A stretch of DNA of 64,000 nucleotides from a bacterium. GTDB lineage: Bacteria > UBA8248 > JACPRG01 > G963555815. Position 1 is the stretch's first letter; the number at the start of each line of letters is the position of its first letter. Below, in pieces: positions 10,367 to 20,214 of the stretch. Made by a program: the position numbers and the translations under genes. The stretch lies in the NCBI GenBank assembly GCA_965218795.1, contig OZ244653.1:320001-384000 (forward strand), given 5' to 3'. The notes under the pieces were generated by a model. That model saw only the letters and a list, made by a program, of their open reading frames with translations. It was not told the origin of the DNA and did not search any database.

Positions 10367-10944
10367 CCGGGGCGTCGTCGGGGTCCGTACCCCGACCCAT
10401 CTTCCCGCCTGCATTTGAAGCGCACCCATTGGTTTGAGCTTTTTACCCTGCAGGACTCGCCCATTCATGTCTCATATCATGGCGTCCCGGTTTCGGGAGG
10501 GGGAAATTCGGAATGAGTGCGTCCTCGCGCGCTTTTATGTTAGCGGGGTGAAGCCATAGGGCGTCGCCGAAGTCGTCGCTGCAAGACCTGGGTTTTGGCT
10601 TTCGCGGGCGCCGGATTGTATTCTCTCATCCTTACATGGCTCTTCAGCATCTCAACTCCGGTTCCATACGGTTCGTGACACGTCGCGGATGGTCCTTGTC
10701 CCGGCCGGGACCTTTCATTGGGGTCCCGCGCCGGGGAAAGGGTCTACTTTCCCCATCGGCCAAGAATAGCCAATATCGAATAATGTTCCGAGATAATCGA
10801 AGGATTTCGGATAAACTAACTTTCAATGCAGAGTCAGGTCGGAGGGCGCTGTGCAGGCCGATAACCGGAAAGAAGTGAAATTGAAAGGGAACCAGTGAAA
10901 AGCCTGGAGACGGGCCCTGTTGAACCGCCTTGAAGATTCGGCAT

Positions 10945-10972
10945 TTGACATCTTCCACAGGGTAAATATTTT
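10945..10972 (+). promoter_or_regulatory. Candidate sigma70 promoter for the TPR-exbBD-tonB operon
   Basis: TTGACA-N16-TATTTT in an AT-rich patch about 90 bp upstream of the first TPR gene. Confidence 0.4.
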
Positions 10973-11062
10973 ATTTACAAAGCTCATTTTTTTCCGAAAT
11001 AGGGTAGTTGCGGGGGTCATCGTACGCAGGGCCCAATTGCTCATGGATCCGCGAAGAGATAA

Positions 11063-13585
11063 GTGACGGGGTGGGCGGTGAGAAACCTTCGAATCCAATG
11101 GATAATGCTGACCGCAGTGTTGGCACTGACGCCCCTCGGCCAGACAACGGTGTGGGCCCAAGCGGATGATTTCCGATTAGGCCTCCGCGCCCTTGAAGAC
11201 GGGCACCTGGACGCCGCCGTCATCGCCCTTGATACGTACTTGAAGGCCCATCCCCAAGGCCCTCACCGGGCCGAAGCCCAGTTCTTTAGGGCCGAGGCCT
11301 ACCTTGATGAGGGGAAATTCGACGAAGCCCGCGCGGCATACCTGGTGTTCTTGAAAGAGAATCCCGAGCACCCCTATCGATTGGCCGCTCAATACCGCTT
11401 GGGAAAAATTGGAATGGCCCAAGGCCGGATGGGAGCCGCCGCCGAGCACTTCTCCCGCGTTAACGAGGGTCCGCTGGCGGATGAAGCCTTGTATATTCTC
11501 GGAGGAATCCGATTTCGTCAGAAGAAATGGAACGAAACCGCCCGGACTCTTTCAAGCCTGCTGAGGGATCATCCCAAGAGCCGATGGGCCGTTCGGGCCC
11601 GATACGTTCTGGGGATGGCGCATTTCAGGCGGGGAGAGGGGGACGCCGCGGTCAAACTGCTGGAGGCTTATCTTCAGTCTCGGGGTCGGGGAAGGAAGGA
11701 ATCCTTGTGGGCCCACGCTGTGGCGGGAGAGGTTTATCAGCAGCGGGGGAAATGCGATACGGCAAAGCGGCACTTTGAGGTTGTCTTGAGAGAAGATATC
11801 CGATTTCCCCCGCGAGCGGGATCGGTGTTGGCGCTTGCCGAGTGCTACTATGAGAAAAAGGATTATATCTCCGCCGCGAAACAGTACGACCGCTATCTTC
11901 AGGACTACGGAGAATCTCCGCAATCCGCCCTGGCCCGAATTCGGGCGGGTCACAGCCACCTCTTGGCGGGGAAGCATGAAAAGGCTCTTGAGAACCTTCA
12001 GCAGGTCAAGAAAGAAGAAGTTCCGGACGACTACGGACAATGGGTGATGTACTGGACCGCCCGGTCCCAGGACCTTTCCGGTGATCAGGACTCGGCCCTC
12101 AAAAGCTATGAAGCCCTCACCGCCTCCTACCCGCAGGGCGTCCCCGCTTTGAACGCCGCCGCCAAGGCGGCTGCGATGCGTCTTTCGAGGCGGGAATACA
12201 AGGCGGCCATTGAGCACTTGGCCGTTCTCAGAAAATCGAATGTTCACGCCCAGGCGAATTGGGCCTTACGGATGACGGGTGAGTCCCAGTACGGGCTTGG
12301 ACGGTACGATGAGGCCTTCACCACGTTCGAGGAGGTGCTGCCCGAGGTTCGCGAGGAGCAGGTCCGAAAGGATATCCTGCGCAAACTTGCCATCTCGGCC
12401 TTTCGCACAAAGAGGAACCCGGAAGCCCTCCGGTACCTGAACCGTTGGCTGGAAACCGAGGGGACCGGATCGGACAATGGGAATCGGGAATGGCCCTCCC
12501 GCCGGTTTGAAGCCCTGAACTTTCTGGCCATTGTTCAGACTCGGATGGGTATGCTCAATGAGGTGGCCGAGACCTGGCGGAATCTGGAAGCCGAAGTCCC
12601 CGACGGCTGGGACGAGAAGAGCCGGGCCCAAAAGGCCGAGTTCTCCGCCAACCGCGGTCTGGTGCTGTTCCGTCAGAAAGAATACTTCAGCGCCGATGAC
12701 CAATTCCGCGAGTGGCTCAACCGATATCCAGCGGAAAAGGACCGGCCGAAAGTCCTCCTTCATCTTGGATTGGCGGCGCTTCAAATCGGAAAGAATTCCG
12801 ATGCGGTCGGACACCTGAAGACGTTTCTGAAGGAGAACCCGGACCATCAGAGCGCGCGGGAAGCCCTCTATGCGGTGGCGCTTGGGGCGCTTCGCACGAA
12901 CGATTACGTCACCTCGTCCGAACTGTTGACCCAATGGGTGGACGAAGCCGGGAAACAAACCGAGCCGAACAGGCTGAAAGAAGGTTGGTTTCTTCTGGCC
13001 GCTTCGCGGTTCGCCTCGGCGGATTGGAAAGGAGCCGCCAAGGCCTATCATCGAATCCTGAACCGTTATCCCTCCGAGAAGCGGCGCAAGATGGTCCTAG
13101 GGAAATTGGAGATCATTTACGGTAACTTGACCGATAAGGACGGGGTCGAGGCCACACTTCGGTGGATGGACGTCCATGCGTCCCGATTTGATCAGAAAGA
13201 GGAGATGTTTCTCCGTCTGGGCAAGAAGCGTCTCGCGCTGAAAGGGGGCGACCGCGCTTCGGAGTATTTTCAAGTGGCGGCCGGTTCCAAGGATCCCGCA
13301 ATCAATGGGGATGCGAGCTTCCGGTTGGCCCGGATATTGGTAGACCGGGGGGACCATCAGGAGGCGCTGCGACTACTTGAAGAGATCCCCGAGGTCGTGT
13401 TCAAGGCCGCCGATTGGCGGGCGGAGGCGGAATTTCTCCGGGGCGTTGCCTACGAGGCGCGCAAGAATTGGGACAAAGCCGTCAATGCTTACCGAGTGGC
13501 GGCCCGGCAGACTTCCAGCCCCGATATCGCCGGGGAGGCGCTTCGGCGAATGGGCAAGATCGAAACGGTCCGGTGGAAACAATGA
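11063..13585 (+). CDS. Large secreted tetratricopeptide-repeat protein
   Basis: N-terminal signal-like segment ending VWAQA, then many CpoB/BamD-type TPR units (..HP.S..A..A.Y.LG). Confidence 0.88.
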   Translation: MTGWAVRNLRIQWIMLTAVLALTPLGQTTVWAQADDFRLGLRALEDGHLDAAVIALDTYLKAHPQGPHRAEAQFFRAEAYLDEGKFDEARAAYLVFLKENPEHPYRLAAQYRLGKIGMAQGRMGAAAEHFSRVNEGPLADEALYILGGIRFRQKKWNETARTLSSLLRDHPKSRWAVRARYVLGMAHFRRGEGDAAVKLLEAYLQSRGRGRKESLWAHAVAGEVYQQRGKCDTAKRHFEVVLREDIRFPPRAGSVLALAECYYEKKDYISAAKQYDRYLQDYGESPQSALARIRAGHSHLLAGKHEKALENLQQVKKEEVPDDYGQWVMYWTARSQDLSGDQDSALKSYEALTASYPQGVPALNAAAKAAAMRLSRREYKAAIEHLAVLRKSNVHAQANWALRMTGESQYGLGRYDEAFTTFEEVLPEVREEQVRKDILRKLAISAFRTKRNPEALRYLNRWLETEGTGSDNGNREWPSRRFEALNFLAIVQTRMGMLNEVAETWRNLEAEVPDGWDEKSRAQKAEFSANRGLVLFRQKEYFSADDQFREWLNRYPAEKDRPKVLLHLGLAALQIGKNSDAVGHLKTFLKENPDHQSAREALYAVALGALRTNDYVTSSELLTQWVDEAGKQTEPNRLKEGWFLLAASRFASADWKGAAKAYHRILNRYPSEKRRKMVLGKLEIIYGNLTDKDGVEATLRWMDVHASRFDQKEEMFLRLGKKRLALKGGDRASEYFQVAAGSKDPAINGDASFRLARILVDRGDHQEALRLLEEIPEVVFKAADWRAEAEFLRGVAYEARKNWDKAVNAYRVAARQTSSPDIAGEALRRMGKIETVRWKQ

Positions 13586-16500
13586 GCCTGCGCGCGCAGA
13601 TCCTTCGGTCATGGATGTTCGCAGCCGCCTTTTGGGCGGCATGCGTCCCGGCCGGCGGGCAGGCGCAGACGGGAAATCTCGGTCTGAAGATCCCGGAGGT
13701 TGTCATTGTCGGGGGGGATGTCCCCGTCATTCGGGGCAAAAGACCGGTTCGTCCCGTCCCGGAGAAGCTCCCGCCGGCCCGCTGGTTGGAGCCCCTCTCC
13801 GCAGAAGCGAGAGTCCCCGCTCTTCAACCCCAGCTGTTCGAGCCCGGGCCCCCGTCGGTCCGTCGCCCGGCAAAACCCGATGACTGCTATGCCGACGTGT
13901 TGCCGTCCGGGGCTCTCGTACGGGAGGAAGGCGCAGCGGCCTACTTTCGGGCAGGGTACCTCGCGTTTCTCTCAAACCGAACGGCTGAGGCGGAGGAACG
14001 TTTTCGGGCAGGATTGAAAGCCAATCCCGATTCAGTCTCCACATCCTTTCTGGGTTATTGGCTCGGGGAGAGCCTGCTCCGCCGCAAGGCGGAAGAGCAG
14101 GCCCGGGCGGTCTGGCGCCGTGTCGCCGATGAGCCGGCGGGACCCTATGCGGGAACCGCTGCCTATCGGCTGGGTCTGCTGGCCTACGGCGGTCGGGATT
14201 ATGTCGAAGCCCTGAAGTGGATGGAGCGGGTGGCCGCCCGGTTCCCTGGTCATCCTCACACGGCGGAGGCTCACCTCGCTGCGGCGGAACTCTCCCTGCG
14301 GATGAACGACCTGCCGCGGGCGTCGTGGCATTTTGCCGGTGCCCGCGATGCGGCGGATGGAAACACGGCGGATCTGCAAAGGACGGCATTGCTTCGAGGG
14401 GGCCTGACGTATTACCGGTTGGGACGGTATGAAGAGGCTCCCCCGATGCTCCAAGCCTATCTCAAGCTGGGCGGTACGGACATGGAGGGCCTACGCTCCG
14501 CCGGCATTGCGCTGGGATGGTCTCATTATTTCAACCGGCGGTACGGCGAGGCAGTCCGGTCCTTCCGGGAGGCGGCCGAGACGAGCGCGGTGGCCTCTCA
14601 CCGTGGGGCGAAGTCGGAGGTTTTATTCGGCTGGTTGATGAGCGCCGTTTCGCAGGACGAAGAGAATGAGGTCCGGGCGGCGTGGGATCGATTCGATGCC
14701 GACCGGCCCTCGGGAAGCAGTTTTCTTCAGGGCGCGTTGAGGTTTGCGGGATGGCAATTTCGTAAGGGGCGGTATCGGGAGAGCGCCGAAACGATTCAGA
14801 AGGCCATACAGAACGCGGGGGGGCGGGGAACGCCGGTGAAAGCGGACCCTGCCGGCCTGCTGGCTCGGGCCCGTCTCCTCCTGGCCCATAGTTTCTACAA
14901 CGTGGATGGTCAGCGAAGCCAAGCCGCCGCGGTCTTCGAGTCACTGACGGGTTCGGGTGATGCAATGTCGGGTTCACTCCCGAAAGCGCTCGGAGCCGGA
15001 GCCTCTTATGGACTCATGCTCTCTCGACTGGGGACCGGCGGGCTCGGCGGAGCGGCTGCCGCCGCGGATGATTTTCTAACCAAGTTCCCCAAGGACGGGA
15101 GGGCCCCCGATGTCCACTTCTGGAAAGGGGAGGCCCTCCTCCGACTCAATCGTTTGGCGGAAGCCAGGGAAGCGTTCGGCAAGATCCCCCCAAATCATGC
15201 GATTGGACCGTTGGCCGCCCTTGAGCGCGCCTATACGTACTATGAAGAAGGCCTCTGGAAAGAGGCCATTCCCGCCTTTGCCGAATCGGCGAGGCTTCTT
15301 CGGGAGAATCCCGGCTTAAGGGCGGAGGCGATGGCCCGCGAAGCGGACGCCCGTTACAACACGCAGGATTACATCGGGGCAGAAGAATTGTACCGAAGCG
15401 TTCTGAAGGATTCTCCGGCGGGCCCTGCTGCGGAATCAGCCGCGCTGCATTTGGGCGAGTTGAGGTTTCACCAAACGGAGTATGAAGAGGCCGAGGCCGC
15501 TTTTTCCGAGTTTCTACGGCGTTGGCCGAAAAGCTCCCGCGCGGATGAGGCGCAGTACTGGAAAGGGTTGAGCCGAATTCGTCAGGGCCGCTTCGCTCTG
15601 GCCCGGGTGTCGCTGTCGCGCCTCGTTCGCGATTATCCGAAGAGCCGGTTCCTCACGTCCGCCCAGTTGCAGATCGGCCATGCCTACTACAACGAAGGCC
15701 GGTTCGATGACGCCGCGGCCACCTACAATCGCGTTCTCTCCCGCAATCCGTCCGTCACGGAGGCGCACGAGGCGAGGTATGGGATCGTCCTGACCCAGAT
15801 GGTGTCGGGAAGCACCGAAAAATTTATCGACGACGTGCGCGAATTCATCGATAAGGAGCCCGACAGCGAGCTCGTGGCAACGCTTGAGTTCCAGGTTGCG
15901 GAGATCTATCTCGCCCAAAGACGACACCGAGACGCGCTGGCGTCCTATGTCCGGGTCCTCATGAGGGGAGGACAGGAGTCCGACGTCGCTCTCTTTCGCA
16001 TCGGCGAGATTAAGCGCCTGGAGAAAAAGCCCGACGAAGCCGTGGAGTATTTTCACGATTTGCTGGAGCGGTTCCCGGAAAGCCGTATCCGGGCGGACGC
16101 GCGGTACCAGTTGGCCGAGTCGCTCGAGGCGTCCGGGGATTGCGAACAGGCGCTTGGCGAATACCGCGTTTTCCTTGCGCAAAACCCCGGACATTCTCTG
16201 GCGGGGCGGGCCCGGTACCGGGGGGGTATCTGTGCAAACCGGCTCAAGAACGACGATGCTGCCGTACAGCTCTTCTCGGAAGTCCTCCGGAGCGGGGAAT
16301 CGCCGGAGCTGATGGCCAGAAGCCGTTACGAGCTGGGGCGAATCGAGAAAAAGAGAGGGCATTTCAAACTGGCCCTGGAACATATCGAGGCCGCTCTCAA
16401 GGCGGGGACAATCCCGAATTCGGGCGGAGAGTTGCAGTTCGAAGTGGGGAGCCTGCGGGAAACCCTCAAGCAGTATCCGCAGGCCGTGGTAGAATATTTG

Positions 16501-16728
16501 AAGGTCATCTACTTGTATCCTCAGGAAAAGAAGCTCGGAAACCGCGCCCGGCTGAAGGTGGCGGGAATCTACGAAAAACAGGGAAAGTTCAAGCAGGCCG
16601 TGAGTCTATACCGGAAAGTGAAGAAGGGAGCGACTGAAGTGCCCGTCCGCGAGCAGGCCCGGAAACGGCTTCTCTTACTTCGTCGCCCGCAGGGAAAGTC
16701 CGCAGAGCCGTCGGAGTCGCGTCCATGA
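13582..16728 (+). CDS. Large secreted tetratricopeptide-repeat protein with a Pro-rich N-terminus
   Basis: ATGA overlap with the upstream stop; signal peptide ending GQAQ; tandem TPRs; C-terminal EYLKVIYLYP. Confidence 0.88.
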   Translation: MSLRAQILRSWMFAAAFWAACVPAGGQAQTGNLGLKIPEVVIVGGDVPVIRGKRPVRPVPEKLPPARWLEPLSAEARVPALQPQLFEPGPPSVRRPAKPDDCYADVLPSGALVREEGAAAYFRAGYLAFLSNRTAEAEERFRAGLKANPDSVSTSFLGYWLGESLLRRKAEEQARAVWRRVADEPAGPYAGTAAYRLGLLAYGGRDYVEALKWMERVAARFPGHPHTAEAHLAAAELSLRMNDLPRASWHFAGARDAADGNTADLQRTALLRGGLTYYRLGRYEEAPPMLQAYLKLGGTDMEGLRSAGIALGWSHYFNRRYGEAVRSFREAAETSAVASHRGAKSEVLFGWLMSAVSQDEENEVRAAWDRFDADRPSGSSFLQGALRFAGWQFRKGRYRESAETIQKAIQNAGGRGTPVKADPAGLLARARLLLAHSFYNVDGQRSQAAAVFESLTGSGDAMSGSLPKALGAGASYGLMLSRLGTGGLGGAAAAADDFLTKFPKDGRAPDVHFWKGEALLRLNRLAEAREAFGKIPPNHAIGPLAALERAYTYYEEGLWKEAIPAFAESARLLRENPGLRAEAMAREADARYNTQDYIGAEELYRSVLKDSPAGPAAESAALHLGELRFHQTEYEEAEAAFSEFLRRWPKSSRADEAQYWKGLSRIRQGRFALARVSLSRLVRDYPKSRFLTSAQLQIGHAYYNEGRFDDAAATYNRVLSRNPSVTEAHEARYGIVLTQMVSGSTEKFIDDVREFIDKEPDSELVATLEFQVAEIYLAQRRHRDALASYVRVLMRGGQESDVALFRIGEIKRLEKKPDEAVEYFHDLLERFPESRIRADARYQLAESLEASGDCEQALGEYRVFLAQNPGHSLAGRARYRGGICANRLKNDDAAVQLFSEVLRSGESPELMARSRYELGRIEKKRGHFKLALEHIEAALKAGTIPNSGGELQFEVGSLRETLKQYPQAVVEYLKVIYLYPQEKKLGNRARLKVAGIYEKQGKFKQAVSLYRKVKKGATEVPVREQARKRLLLLRRPQGKSAEPSESRP

Positions 16729-17324
16729 TCGAGTTCCTGATAGGCGGCGGGCTGTTGATGATCCCAATAGTTTTCTGTTCCGTCGTGGCTCTGGGGATCG
16801 TCATCGAGCGGCTTTTCAACCTGCGGGCCAGCCGGATCATCCGTACGGACGTGATGGAAGAGGTGGAATCCATGCTCCGGGAAAGGCGGATCCCCGACGC
16901 CAGCATGATCCTCCGGCGGACTTCTTCGGTATTGTCGCGAATTCTTCTCGTGGTCATCTTGAACCATGAAAAGGATCGCGCCGAGATCAAGGAGTTAATC
17001 GAAGACGCGGGACGGCAAGAAATCCCGGTTCTCGAGCGTTACCTGAACCTTTTGGGGACGCTGGCCGGAATCACGCCACTGTTGGGTCTTCTCGGAACCG
17101 TTACGGGGATGATTCGCGTATTCGAGGTGATCTCGGCCGCCGGTGTGGGCCATCCCACCGCTCTGGCAGGGGGCATCTCCGAAGCGCTGATTACGACGGC
17201 GGCGGGGCTCACGGTGGCGATTCCCGCGTTGGTGTTCCACAGCTATTTTGTGAACAAGGCGGACAGTATGGTTTTGGAGATGGAGAAACATTCCCTCCGG
17301 CTCCTGGAAATCCTGAAGCGGTAG
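16725..17324 (+). CDS. exbB: MotA/TolQ/ExbB proton channel protein
   Basis: PLLGLLGTVTGMI and GISEALITTAAGLTVAIP. Confidence 0.9.
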   Translation: MIEFLIGGGLLMIPIVFCSVVALGIVIERLFNLRASRIIRTDVMEEVESMLRERRIPDASMILRRTSSVLSRILLVVILNHEKDRAEIKELIEDAGRQEIPVLERYLNLLGTLAGITPLLGLLGTVTGMIRVFEVISAAGVGHPTALAGGISEALITTAAGLTVAIPALVFHSYFVNKADSMVLEMEKHSLRLLEILKR

Positions 17325-17348
17325 CTTCGCTTTCCCCCCGAGGCGACC

Positions 17349-17765
17349 ATGCAATTTCGCCGGAAAAGACGGCATACAGTCATCCCCAACCTTCTTCCAC
17401 TCATTGACGTTGTCCTGCTCCTGCTGATCTTTTTCATGATTTCCTCCACCTTCGTCGTCCAGCCGGGAATCCGCATCAACCTGCCGAAGTCCAGCATCGC
17501 GGAGCGGAAAGAGATTGAGGACGTTACGCTGGTCCTCACGAAGGATGAGGCGCTCTTTCTGAACAACGAAAAAGTGTCCATCCCGGCCTTGTGGGGACGG
17601 CTGGTCGATATCTTCCGGAGACGGCCCAACTTCATGCTCGTCATCAAGGCGGACAAGGAGGTGACCCATGGGCGCGTGGTGGAGGTGATGGACATCGCCA
17701 AACAGGCGGGCGTAAACCGCTTGGCCATCGCCACACAGCCCAAACCGAGAAAGGCCGCACCTTGA
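17349..17765 (+). CDS. exbD: ExbD/TolR family protein
   Basis: PLIDVVLLLLIFFM with the conserved Asp; IKADKEV..G.VVEVMD. Confidence 0.9.
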   Translation: MQFRRKRRHTVIPNLLPLIDVVLLLLIFFMISSTFVVQPGIRINLPKSSIAERKEIEDVTLVLTKDEALFLNNEKVSIPALWGRLVDIFRRRPNFMLVIKADKEVTHGRVVEVMDIAKQAGVNRLAIATQPKPRKAAP

Positions 17766-18676
17766 AACTCGGATGGGGATTCCTGAGCGGGGTAGTGGCA
17801 TCGCTGGCGATCCATGCCGGACTCGTCTTTTCCGTCCCGCCGCCCGATTCCGACGCCGTGGTTCGCGAGCCCATCCACGTGGTGGAATTGCGGAGGCTCG
17901 AGATTCCGCTTCCGGCTCTGCCGCCTCTTCCCAAGAAGGATGTGGAGGAAACGCAGGATTTCGGCCCGCCGCCCGTTCTGCCGCAACCGAAGGCGCCCGA
18001 GCCCCTACCGACGGGATTGAGTCCGAGGGACATGTCCATCGCCACCGGGTTGCCTGACGTGAAAGCGCCGCTTCCTTCTCCCTCGGAAATGGAAGCTCCC
18101 GCAAGAAGAGAAACCGCCTTCGTCGCGCCGCCCGAAACAATCGGAGAGGGAGACGCGCCCCAAGGGACGCCTTCGGGGACCGTACTGCTGGGACCCATCA
18201 GTCTGCCGTCCGCCCTTCCGCCGGTGGGTGAGGAACAAGCCGGCTCGATTCGCTCGCTGCGAAGCCGGCTGATCCGCCGGGTGCTGGAACGATCTGCTCC
18301 CGCCGAAAGATCCGGCGCAAAGATCCTTGGGCCGGCCGCCGATCGAAAGCTGGTTTTCCGGCCTCCTCCCCCCCGGTGGCCACAGAGTGCGCAGGGCGAG
18401 CTCGAGCTGAAGTTTTGGGTATTGGCCGATGGAACGGTCGGCCGAGTGGTCCTGCTCGTTCGAGGTCCGTTGGCCTTGGAGACCGCGGCCATACAGCATA
18501 TTAAGCGATGGAAGTTCAATTCCGTCCCGGTGGATGCTGCGGCCAGCGAACACGAACAGTGGGGAACCATTCGCTTCCGGTTTCTATCGGCCGCGGCGAA
18601 GCCGGTTCCCACCCTCCTCCGGTCGTTGCCTCCGAAGTTGCGGGAAGACGAACTCCCCGAAGCTCAAACTCCGTGA
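17762..18676 (+). CDS. tonB: TonB-family energy transducer
   Basis: TTGA overlap; N-terminal TM helix with S-x3-H (ASLAIH); Pro-rich linker; TonB C-terminal domain (FWVLADGTV...RWKF...TIRFRF). Confidence 0.78.
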   Translation: MKLGWGFLSGVVASLAIHAGLVFSVPPPDSDAVVREPIHVVELRRLEIPLPALPPLPKKDVEETQDFGPPPVLPQPKAPEPLPTGLSPRDMSIATGLPDVKAPLPSPSEMEAPARRETAFVAPPETIGEGDAPQGTPSGTVLLGPISLPSALPPVGEEQAGSIRSLRSRLIRRVLERSAPAERSGAKILGPAADRKLVFRPPPPRWPQSAQGELELKFWVLADGTVGRVVLLVRGPLALETAAIQHIKRWKFNSVPVDAAASEHEQWGTIRFRFLSAAAKPVPTLLRSLPPKLREDELPEAQTP

Positions 18677-18712
18677 AGCGCCGCTTCGGGGTTTCCCGGG
18701 TAGGTTCTCCCC

Positions 18713-20055
18713 TCATGCGAGCCGGGAAATGACCTCGCTGAATTTTCTGCGGATGTTTCTGTAATGCGGGTCGCGTTGCGGATAACCCATCCGGATGAGG
18801 AAGAGAGGCTCGTGGTCGCTTGGTGGGATCGAGAGGATGGACCGCAACTGCGCCTTGGGTCCCTCCTGGACAATGGTTGAGGTTTGAAACTGAAGGCTGG
18901 CACCTACGGCCGTGGCCGTGAGCCAGAGCGACTGGATGGCCGCGCCGACTCCCGTCAGGATCCCCCTCCGATAATGCTCATCGGACTCGATCCGCCCGTC
19001 CGCGTTGTTCAGGACAGCGGTCAGAATGCGCCGGTGGTTTCAGGAGGGATCTCCGCTCTTCGGATGAGAAAGCGGTGGACCCCCAGCGACATGGCCAGCG
19101 GCGCAAGGGGGGTCTTGATGCCGAGTCGGGCGATGGACTTCTTGATCCCGGTCAGACCGAAGTGTTCGATGAACTCTCCGTCGCCGCGTCTTTCCCATTC
19201 CTTTCTCGTGAAACGCATCCACGCACAGGTTTCCGTGAACCGTCCCCGGTCTCCGGTCGCCTGGACCCAGGCCCGCTCCTGAAGCCGCGTCAAAGCCATG
19301 GTTCGGTCTTCATCTTCGGCCAGGACGAGTTGAGCGGCATCGGCGCCGTGAGCGTTGAGGGCCCTTTGCGCAGCCCGAAGGAGATGGAGAGAGTCACTCG
19401 GCCAGGGGTCATGCCGAAGAAAGGGAACCCTGTCGGACTGTCGAGATCGAAGGCATTCCAGGGCATCAGGAGCCGAAGATGGACGGGGTGGTGAGTCGTC
19501 CCTTCTCACCTCATTTTCGTGGGAGTCCAGGCGGTACACCAGTAAGGGGAGTGGGGGGGCGGGCGAGGGCTCTCCGTGGGTCCCGAGCTCAAACAGGGTA
19601 TACGGCTCCAAATGATCGGCGAACGAGAAACTCTTCGGTCGCCAGGCTTTCTCGCTTTCCCCCGAAGGTCCCCAGACGATGCTGTTCACCCCGAGCGCGG
19701 CCGAAACCAGCTGAACGTTCAGGCAGAGCGTCCCCAAGCCGATGTAGGATTCGGTCCCGAGGGGGTTTGCGACCGGCAGCATCCGGCTCCGATCCAGATG
19801 ACAAAGGATCCAGGTCCGGTGAGCCCCGGCCTCGGGGTGAGCCGAGAACGCTTCCGCCGTTTCCTGGATGGCGTCCGGCCCGGTCAGGACCTGGAGGGCC
19901 CACGGCTGCATGTTATAAGCGGAAGCCCCCCATCGGGCTGCTTCCAGGATTTGATTCAGTTGGTCCTCGGAAAGGGGCCTTCCTTCGGAAGCCGCGGATC
20001 GGGCGGTGTTCCTTGGACGGGTCAGTCCCTTCTCAAGCGCCTCGAAAACGTTCAT
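18713..20055 (-). pseudogene. Frameshifted two-domain nitroreductase (Acg-like); could be a sequencing error
   Basis: ORF 19021-20055 (AARWGASAYNMQPW) stops at TGA; the -1 frame continues ILTAVL...GAAIQSLWLTATAVG...LIRMGYP to TGA at 18713; the 1343-bp span is one base short of a whole number of codons. Confidence 0.8.
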
Positions 20056-20214
20056 AGCGGCTATTCTACCAGAGGAATATCGTGCGGGGGTTCGCTTCCG
20101 AGCATGATGTGGGACTGGAAAGGCCGGGAAGTGCGGCGGAAACCGGCTGTGCTATCATCCATGTGGCCTCGCCCGCGCCGGATTCTTGGGGCGACGAAAT
20201 GGATGGAGGCGTGA

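Noticed and set aside
9101-10468. 455-aa minus-strand ORF
   Set aside because: Antisense to the well-supported kinase and panC genes
13414-13581. Upstream extension of the second TPR ORF (similar extensions on rqcH, the LLM, HAD and M16 ORFs)
   Set aside because: These overlap neighbouring genes or lack an RBS; downstream starts have coupling overlaps or RBSs
19021-19023. TGA in the nitroreductase as selenocysteine or readthrough
   Set aside because: The protein-like continuation is in a different frame, so it is a frameshift rather than recoding
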